A DNA stretch of 64,000 nt from Haplodiscus bocki. Lineage: Eukaryota. The position numbers were made by a program, and so were the translations under genes. The stretch spans positions 9,920,001-9,984,000 of the forward strand of contig OZ296653.1 of assembly GCA_965655095.1 (NCBI GenBank), given 5' to 3'. Each line of letters starts with the position of its first letter. Position 1 is the first letter of the stretch. The notes beneath the pieces were generated by a model. That model was not told the DNA's origin and made no database searches. It was given only the letters and a program-made list of their open reading frames with translations. Shown piece by piece: positions 1 through 8,400 of the stretch.

Positions 1-296
1 CTGGATTCTCTTCTACCTAATCAGGTACATGTACACACGACTGCAAACAAGAGTTTATAAGTAAATTTTATTTCGAATCGTGCTCGTCAATGTTCACCTG
101 TGCTTTAACGCGATTTATCGTTTTGACGCTCCATCTAGAACCGTGTTGGCAAGAGTTTTCGAATATCCAGAGAACTTGATCTTTCATTGTTGTAGATCAT
201 CTGGTTGTCGGGCCCTCTGATTAAATTGCGTGCACTTTCGAATTGAAGCAGGTCTCAATTTCCATTTCGGGTTCTAGTTTGTCAAGCAGTAGGTAC

Positions 297-1310
297 TATA
301 GCAGCAGAAACTTTCTTAAAACCTAAATTAAATTTTCCTTCATTAAATTTTCTTTCTTAAAACTTGAACTAAATTTCATTTCTATTTTCGTCTGATTTAT
401 AAACAGCTCGCGCTGAGTCAAGTACCCTCGAGTGCTTTTGCTAAACAAAGCCCCTTTTCATAACAGTATTTTACAAACAACAAAATCCTCTTATCACTAC
501 TCTGTAATTTACATACAACACTCTTTCTATTCTTTCTTCTTACATGCAATAATCTTCCTTTATAACAAGTGTACAATTTAATCACATACGTAACGTTTCA
601 ACAACTTTAATACAACACATTTCTTATCATTGACATAAAATAACGTTTAATATTTTCCGTTATAATTCACTGCTAGTATTTTATTATAATATACACTCTC
701 CATAAATACTTCGCACAACAATTACATAGCAGTGCTGTACTTTCTGTTTTGTTTTCGTAACCCGCTGACCCTTACCCCTCATCCAGGCCCGCATTTAAAT
801 CAGTGCAAATTTCGAAGTCTCTCTCTTAATCCTGACCAAAAATAATATCCGCCTGAAAATTCCTACTCATTCGTCGACAACAACACAACGAAAGAAGGAC
901 GACCCAGCAAACAGACGAACTCAGCCGCAACAGTTTCCAGCTCTTTCCCGAAGAAAAGAAGAAGCAAATCTCCTCTCTACAATTTGACAACCAGTCCTCC
1001 AGAATCTTCAACTTTCTCTATCCAGAAGTGCAATTGCCCCTCTTTGCCTCAACCAACAAAAGACATTATGTAAGCGTATAATTTATTTAAACTTTACTTC
1101 AAAAATATCTTCCTTTTTCTAATTAAAATTCTTTCCCAAAAAGCCAAAAACATTTTGTATTCACTTGAGATATCCCGCTAGCAACCACCAAACCAAAAAC
1201 ACCTAAATAGTAATTTTAGAAATTACTGAAGTACCATTTCCAATAACAGTCGTCCTCCGCATCCAAAACTAATTTCTAGCGAACTGTTTTAAAAGCATAC
1301 GACTGTTACA
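297..1310 (+). repeat. 5' LTR of element 1 (1014 bp, TATAGCAG...CTGTTACA)
   Basis: Direct repeat of 14130-15141. Visible differences are one TC dinucleotide indel (~820) and gcaacc vs gcatcc (~1184). Confidence 0.97.
1068..1075 (+). promoter_or_regulatory. Putative splice donor in LTR (AT|GTAAGC)
   Basis: GTAAG consensus at 1070; no ATG between 547 and 1067; phase matches the acceptors at 10269 and 13034. Confidence 0.7.
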
Positions 1311-1313
1311 AAA

Positions 1314-1331
1314 TGGTGACAGGAGTGGGAT
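1314..1331 (+). promoter_or_regulatory. Primer-binding site, tRNA-Leu-like
   Basis: TGGTGACAGGAGTGGGAT, 3 nt after the LTR; the complement ATCCCACTCCTGTCACCA resembles tRNA-Leu 3' ends. Confidence 0.85.
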
Positions 1332-1474
1332 ACCTCAAGTGAAAGGTCGTTTAAAAACGATCCGCGTGCGATTTTCGAAAATTGTAAAAGTGATTTAGTT
1401 TTTCCCCTTTCTTAGCTTTGGCCCAAGACCTTCGCCCACTGTTTTTCTTGTCACTGAATTTCAGTGCCCGCCAG

Positions 1475-1556
1475 CTAAGATCCTCTTCACCGGACTGTGT
1501 CCGAGCCTAGTTTTCCTAAGATCCTCTTCACCGGACTTTGTCCGAGCCTAGTTTCT
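1475..1556 (+). repeat. 2 x 41-bp tandem repeat in the 5' leader (again at ~3243-3324)
   Basis: ctaagatcctcttcaccggact(g/t)tgtccgagcctagttt repeated. Confidence 0.9.
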
Positions 1557-1714
1557 CCAGCTTCGTGCTGTGTATTCCGCGTTATGCGAGTTCTGGCAAG
1601 ACCCGCTAAGATGGCCCTTAAGTTTTAAGGATCTCACGTGAGTACTAGCTAAAACTTCAATTTTTCTTGAAATTTTTTTTGTACATTTTTGCTTTTATTA
1701 TCCCTTTTCCTTTA

Positions 1715-1984
1715 ATGTCCGTTCAGTTTTGTGCGCATACATCACCCCATGCCCGAGTTTTTTCTGTGAGTCCACCTTCACCCCCACCAGCGTACCGACC
1801 CCTGCAAAACCGTTTCCCGATCATCAGTACAACCTGCCTTTTCAACATTTTTCTCGCACTGACTGTCATTACGCTACTCCTACTGATAGCCGCCATAACC
1901 GGATTAGCTTTCGAAGTTCACGAAACCAGAAAACAGTGTTTCCGCGCAGTAAACGCTAAATTTTCAACAAAAGACACCTTTTGA
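1715..1984 (+). CDS. Putative small single-pass membrane protein in leader (89 aa from ATG; copy 1)
   Basis: PPPAY motif, hydrophobic FNIFLALTVITLLLLIAAITGLAF, then ETRKQCFR. Confidence 0.4.
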   Translation: MSVQFCAHTSPHARVFSVSPPSPPPAYRPLQNRFPIISTTCLFNIFLALTVITLLLLIAAITGLAFEVHETRKQCFRAVNAKFSTKDTF

Positions 1985-2431
1985 GTAGAATTTGTAATTC
2001 CGATGTATCTTTTTGGTTTTCCTGTGTCAACCACTACGAACACGTTACCTAAAGAAATTTTTATTCCCTGTTATTTCTGTCAAGTCCGCACACATCAAAT
2101 CCCAATCGCTTTTCGGCCCGAGTCCTCTTTTACACCGCATCAATTGAGTATTCACTATCGACTTGAAGGAATTCATTACCACCAACACAGTGAGACGCAC
2201 CCACTGGTTCAATTTTTCCCCAACACGAACCATCCCAACCACATTAAGTCCACAAGTAGTTTCTTCTTCCCAATCCTAACTCAAATCTGGAGAATTTATA
2301 TTGAATTCTTGTCGCACTACTTTACTGAACCCCTTGCGATCGTGTACCCAGGTAGTGGTCCCCTCAACTTGATGACCTCAGCCGCTAATAATTTGAAGTA
2401 GTTTGATTTCCTTTGAGTTTTTTTTATCACT

Positions 2432-3166
2432 ATGTCGACAACCGTCGCTACGGCAACGACCACCACCGCCACCATTACAAGTGCAGGAGGAACCACTTCT
2501 AGCACGCCTACCTCCTCCACTGCTACCACCAGTGCAACAAGTACCCCAGTTTCGTCGACCGCAACTAGCTCAACGCCTACTGCAACCCTAGGCACTGGTG
2601 CTGCCGCACCTTGCACGCCGTTCGCGACACCTTTTGGCCCCGGAGGTGCCCCTTTTGTAACTCCTTTGCCCTCATGCCTTATGCCAGAAAGTTTCACCGG
2701 TTCTGGTGATTTTGAGGACTACCTACAGCAATTTAACACTGCTGCCTTACTTTCTGGTTGGTTTTCACCAACCCATGACAACAGGCCACATTATTTCGCC
2801 CTTCGGCTGCGAGAAAATGCCCTACACTTCTACACAACGCTTTCTGCAGCCCAACAAACTGACTTCAACTTGTTAGTTGATGCCTTCCGGCAGAACTATA
2901 CAACGAATGTCGAAATACTGAAAGCAAGATTGAAAGCTGCCCGACAGCAACCCAATCAAGATATTTCTGCCTTTTTGTGTGACATTAGAACACTCGCGCG
3001 ACGCGCCTATCGCGCTTTTCCTCACTTAGTAGAACAAATTGTCCTGACTAGTTTCATCGAAGGCCTACGACTGTTACAAAATGGTGACAGGAGTGGGATA
3101 CCTCAAGTGAAAGGTCGTTTAAAAACGATCCGCGTGCGATTTTCGAAAATTGTAAAAGTGATTTAG
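2432..3166 (+). pseudogene. gag: Truncated gag copy fused to U5/PBS sequence
   Basis: Matches gag up to SFIEGL (one G/E difference), then reads through the duplication junction. Confidence 0.9.
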
Positions 3167-3482
3167 TTTTTCCCCTTTCTTAGCTTTGGCCCAAGACCTT
3201 CGCCCACTGTTTTTCTTGTCACTGAATTTCAGTGCCCGCCAGCTAAAATCCTCTTCACCGGACTGTGTCCGAGCCTAGTTTTCCTAAGATCCTCTTCACC
3301 GGACTTTGTCCGAGCCTAGTTTCTCCAGCTTCGTGCTGTGTATTCCGCGTTATGCGAGTTCTGGCAAGACCCGCTAAGATGGCCCTTAAGTTTTAAGGAT
3401 CTCACGTGAGTACTAGCTAAAACTTCAATTTTTCTTGAAATTTTTTTTGTACATTTTTGCTTTTATTATCCCTTTTCCTTTA

Positions 3483-3752
3483 ATGTCCGTTCAGTTTTGT
3501 GCGCATACATCACCCCATGCCCGAGTTTTTTCTGTGAGTCCACCTTCACCCCCACCAGCGTACCGACCCCTGCAAAACCGTTTCCCGATCATCAGTACAA
3601 CCTGCCTTTTCAACATTTTTCTCGCACTGACTGTCATTACGCTACTCCTACTGATAGCCGCCATAACCGGATTAGCTTTCGAAGTTCACGAAACCAGAAA
3701 ACAGTGTTTCCGCGCAGTAAACGCTAAATTTTCAACAAAAGACACCTTTTGA
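3483..3752 (+). CDS. Putative small single-pass membrane protein in leader (copy 2)
   Basis: Identical translation to copy 1, inside the duplication. Confidence 0.4.
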   Translation: MSVQFCAHTSPHARVFSVSPPSPPPAYRPLQNRFPIISTTCLFNIFLALTVITLLLLIAAITGLAFEVHETRKQCFRAVNAKFSTKDTF

Positions 3753-4199
3753 GTAGAATTTGTAATTCCGATGTATCTTTTTGGTTTTCCTGTGTCAACC
3801 ACTACGAACACGTTACCTAAAGAAATTTTTATTCCCTGTTATTTCTGTCAAGTCCGCACACATCAAATCCCAATCGCTTTTCGGCCCGAGTCCTCTTTTA
3901 CACCGCATCAATTGAGTATTCACTATCGACTTGAAGGAATTCATTACCACCAACACAGTGAGACGCACCCACTGGTTCAATTTTTCCCCAACACGAACCA
4001 TCCCAACCACATTAAGTCCACAAGTAGTTTCTTCTTCCCAATCCTAACTCAAATCTGGAGAATTTATATTGAATTCTTGTCGCACTACTTTACCGAACCC
4101 CTTGCGATCGTGTACCCAGGTAGTGGTCCCCTCAACTTGATGAACTCAGCCGCTAATAATTTGAAGTAGTTTGATTTCCTTTGAGTTTTTTTTATCACT

Positions 4200-5420
4200 A
4201 TGTCGACAACCGTCGCTACGGCAACGACCACCACCGCCACCATTACAAGTGCAGGAGGAACCACTTCTAGCACGCCTACCTCCTCCACTGCTACCACCAG
4301 TGCAACAAGTACCCCAGTTTCGTCGACCGCAACTAGCTCAACGCCTACTGCAACCCTAGGCACTGGTGCTGCCGCACCTTGCACGCCGTTCGCGACACCT
4401 TTTGGCCCCGGAGGTGCCCCTTTTGTAACTCCTTTGCCCTCATGCCTTATGCCAGAAAGTTTCACCGGTTCTGGTGATTTTGAGGACTACCTACAGCAAT
4501 TTAACACTGCTGCCTTACTTTCTGGTTGGTTTTCACCAACCCATGACAACAGGCCACATTATTTCGCCCTTCGGCTGCGAGGAAATGCCCTACACTTCTA
4601 CACAACGCTTTCTGCAGCCCAACAAACTGACTTCAACTTGTTAGTTGATGCCTTCCGGCAGAACTATACAACGAATGTCGAAATACTGAAAGCAAGATTG
4701 AAAGCTGCCCGACAGCAACCCAATCAAGATATTTCTGCCTTTTTGTGTGACATTAGAACACTCGCGCGACGCGCCTATCGCGCTTTTCCTCACTTAGTAG
4801 AACAAATTGTCCTGACTAGTTTCATCGAAGGCCTGAGCGATGCAACGCTTCGATGGGAACTTAGAAAGTCCAAACCAGCTACAGCTGATGATGCTCTAGC
4901 CCTGGCCATGGAATTGAATTCTTTCCTGGAAATTGAGAAAGGAGCCCCATTAACAAGCAAAATGGCCGAGACCAGCGTAAACGCGATCTCCCGTGAAACT
5001 CCTGAGCCACCCACCAAAGAGTGGATGGACGAGCTTGTTCGAACGCTAACGGACGGAATCAAGAACTCCATGCCTAAGCCGAGCCAAGAAGGATCCCGAC
5101 AGCGTAATAGCACGCCAAATCGCAACCAACCTTCTCGGTCAAACAGTACCGATTCACAAGGAACCCGAACGGTCCGTTTTCAAAACAATTCGAACGAAAG
5201 AAGAAATAACAGCGGCCGAGACAATAACTGGCGCGGACCCAACCGTCAAAATACGAAGTCTAACCGATCGAATGACAACAAAAACAGCTCCAAAGGACCT
5301 TGCAAACAATGTAAACGCGAAAATCATGCCTCAAACGAATGCAAAGCGTGTTTCAAGTGTGGAAAGATTGGACACTTCCGCAATGAGTGCCGAAGTAACA
5401 CTCCCAACAATTTAAACTGA
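4200..5420 (+). CDS. gag: Gag (Thr/Ser-rich N-terminus, capsid-like region, two CCHC zinc knuckles)
   Basis: CKQCKRENHASNEC and CFKCGKIGHFRNEC; position between PBS and pol. Confidence 0.95.
   Translation: MSTTVATATTTTATITSAGGTTSSTPTSSTATTSATSTPVSSTATSSTPTATLGTGAAAPCTPFATPFGPGGAPFVTPLPSCLMPESFTGSGDFEDYLQQFNTAALLSGWFSPTHDNRPHYFALRLRGNALHFYTTLSAAQQTDFNLLVDAFRQNYTTNVEILKARLKAARQQPNQDISAFLCDIRTLARRAYRAFPHLVEQIVLTSFIEGLSDATLRWELRKSKPATADDALALAMELNSFLEIEKGAPLTSKMAETSVNAISRETPEPPTKEWMDELVRTLTDGIKNSMPKPSQEGSRQRNSTPNRNQPSRSNSTDSQGTRTVRFQNNSNERRNNSGRDNNWRGPNRQNTKSNRSNDNKNSSKGPCKQCKRENHASNECKACFKCGKIGHFRNECRSNTPNNLN
5411..5417 (+). promoter_or_regulatory. -1 ribosomal frameshift slippery site T TTA AAC
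   Basis: In gag phase directly before the TGA; the -1 frame is open into pol; downstream gtctacgc...gcgcagac can pair. Confidence 0.85.
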
Positions 5421-8400
5421 GAACGTCTACGCCAGAGGGTCAACGCGCAGACAAAGACACTCCCCCAGGCCCACAAATTGAAACATTGAATTCTGTTGTT
5501 GATCACCGAAGTGTGTTCATTCAAATAACAATTTTTGATCGCATAATCGAAGCGATATGCGACAGTGGAGCAAGTGTGTCATGCCTTAGTAGTGAAATCT
5601 ATGATGCCCTCAAATTGAAACATTCTTTGAGATTGGAACCTGCCCTGAGACAACTTAAAGCTGCAAATCAATTGCCTATTGAGACGCGAGGCGTCGTACG
5701 CCTCCCTATAAGTTTAGGCGGAAGAAAATTTGAACATAATTTTCATGTTTTGTCTAAGTCGGAGGCCGATTGCCTCATAGGACTCGATTTTTTGGAAGAT
5801 CACCAATGTGATCCACTTTTTTCGCAGAAGAAATTGCGAGTGAATGATGATACTTTTGTCCCATTATATCACAAAGTTTATACCATACAAACTGATCAAG
5901 TCTTCCGAGTTGCTTCCACTGACAACGTTTGGATCCCAGCAGGTCATTCGATGATCATACCAGCCCATATCCCAGGATGGAAGCGCCCACCAATAGAGTT
6001 GGCCGCCGTATTCGAGCCGCATGAACGGTTCAAGGTAGACAAAGAGGTCAGTGCTGACCATGTCTTGTTTAATTTCTCCGAGGAAACAATCCCGGTGATG
6101 GTAACAAATACTGGGGATGAAGCGGTCATGATACATAAAGACACTACATTGGGACAATCCGAACTAGTCGCAACGGATAAAATTCAAAACATTAGTACAT
6201 TGAAAAGCCGCAAAAGCCCAAAACTAACCGACAAAAAGGATGCCAAGTACGATTTGAAACTTGTCAAAAACTCTATCGATACTGGTATTTCCCAGGAAGC
6301 AAAAGCAAAGTTCTTTAAACTAATCAATGAGTTTTCTGATGTGTTCTCGAAAAATGAATGGGACATTGGCCAATGCGATGTAACCGCCCACAAGATTCAA
6401 GTAGAACCCGGATCGCGACCAATTAAACTCCCCAACAGAAGAATGCCCTTACATTACAAGGACGATCTACAGGAAAAGATCGATGCTTTCCTAGAAAAGA
6501 AGCTAATCACGCCTTGTCATAGCCCATATAGTGCACCGGCTATGCTCGTCCCGAAGAAAAACGGTAAACTGCGTTTAGTAATAGACTACCGGCAGTTGAA
6601 TAAACAAACAATCAAGTCCTGTTGGCCCATTCCATCCATAGAAGAAATCTTTGACACCTTAGAAGGAAGTGAATTCTTTACCACGATTGATATGTCGTGG
6701 GGTTTCTACCAGCTCCCAATGGCTGAAGAAAGTCAAGATTATACCGCTTTTAGCACGCCTTTCGGATCTTTCAAATGGCTCCGAATGCCTATGGGACTGA
6801 CTGGTAGCCCGAATACTTTTCAAAGCTTGATGGAACAGGTTCTAGTTGGCCTGACCTGGAAGACAACAGTCCCTTATTTAGATGATTGTATCATCTTCTC
6901 TTCTACGGCTGAAGAACACATTGAAAGATTAAGAGAAGTTCTTGAACGGTTTCGCTCTGCGAATCTAAAAATAAACCCAACAAAATGTGAATTTTTTCGA
7001 ACTCGCGTCCCCTTTCTTGGCCATATCATCAGCAAAAATGGTCTAGAGGCGGACCCGGACAAAATTGCTGCCGTTAAAAAGTTTCCCATCCCTACAAATC
7101 CGACCGAAGTAAAATCTTTTCTTGGTTTATGTTCTTACTACCGTCGTTATGTGCAAAATTTTGCTGACATAGCCCGACCACTCCACAAAGCCAGTGAAGT
7201 AACTATAAATTTCAATTGGACACCCGAAGCCCAAGATGCTTTTGAAACTCTGAAATCTCGATTAACAACTACGCCCATTTTGGCTTTTCCAATGATGAAA
7301 GAACCTTTCATCCTGTACACCGACGCTAGCCTAACGGCTATGGGCGCTGTCTTGTCGCAAGTACAAGATGGACAGGAGCGTGCCATCTGCTACGCCTCCA
7401 AAGCTTTCTCGAAAGCCCAAACTAGATATTCTGCGACTAAAAGAGAGTTGTTAGCCGTCGTTAACTTCACACGACACTTCAAACATTACTTGCTTGGTCA
7501 GAAATTCACAATTATCACTGATCATCGCGCCCTACAATGGCTCCATAACTTCAAGGACCCAGATGCACTAACCGCCCGGTGGCTTGAAAAACTTGCCGCT
7601 TTCGACTACGAGGTAGTGCATAGGCCCGGAAAAACAATTGGCCATGCCGATGGTCTATCCCGAACACCACTTAGAGCATTTAATGCAATCGCAACTGAAG
7701 ACCCAGCTGCAGATGCGCCTGAAGAAGACCAAGAATGGCCCAACCGCACGAATGAAAGTCCACCTGATCCCAAACATTTCCAATATTCGGAGATCCAAGG
7801 CGATGTACTGCAATCAACTGACTCCATTGCGCACTGTATTTCAGCTGACTTCAAGCTAGGAGCAGGAATCGCTCGAAGCATTAAGCGACGCTTTCCAACG
7901 CAGTACCCCGACAAAGAAGCCATCGCTAGCGAAGTCATTTGGCCGCAATGGATCCCCGAATCGCAACGCTTCGTGTATCATTTAACAACAAAAGTGCGTT
8001 ATTTCCATCAACCAACGTACAAGGCATTGAGATTATCTCTAGAGGCTATGAAAAACCACGCTGAAAGCAAAAAAGTTTTGCGTATTAGCATGCCCCAGAT
8101 AGGTTGTGGCCTTGATAAACTTGATTGGAGTAAAGTTCGAAAATTGATTAAAGAAGTTTTCCGCCCTACCAACATACAGATCATCGTGTTTCTAAAGCCC
8201 TTAAAAGAACCGCCACGCGCAGGTCAAAACCCAGTTAACTCCTCTGATAATGCAGTTGCAGCAGAAACGCCTAATATTTCCGAAACGTTGACTTCCCTCG
8301 CATCGGCACAGAGAGCCGACCCAGCATTGAAGAATCTTTTTCAATGGGTCATACGTGGTACACCACCAAGTACCCACGCGTTACAAGGACTGCCGCGAGC

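Larger units (their letters stand above)
1298..4833 (+). repeat. Internal tandem duplication, 2 x 1768 bp (last 13 nt of LTR + PBS + leader + 5' gag)
   Basis: 1298-3065 repeated at 3066-4833; ORF pairs offset by exactly 1768; junction ...gaaggcc|tacgactgttaca; second PBS at 3082-3099. Confidence 0.96.

Noticed and set aside
1-292. Possible decayed coding sequence flanking element 1 (also 15146-15600)
   Set aside because: Stops in the frames I tried and no recognisable motif
826-1011. Short ORFs within the LTRs (also 14636-14842)
   Set aside because: Non-ATG starts, and the sense one is frameshifted between the two LTRs
2003-2401. 132-aa leader ORF (and its copy at 3771-4169)
   Set aside because: No recognisable features; the second copy is explained by the duplication
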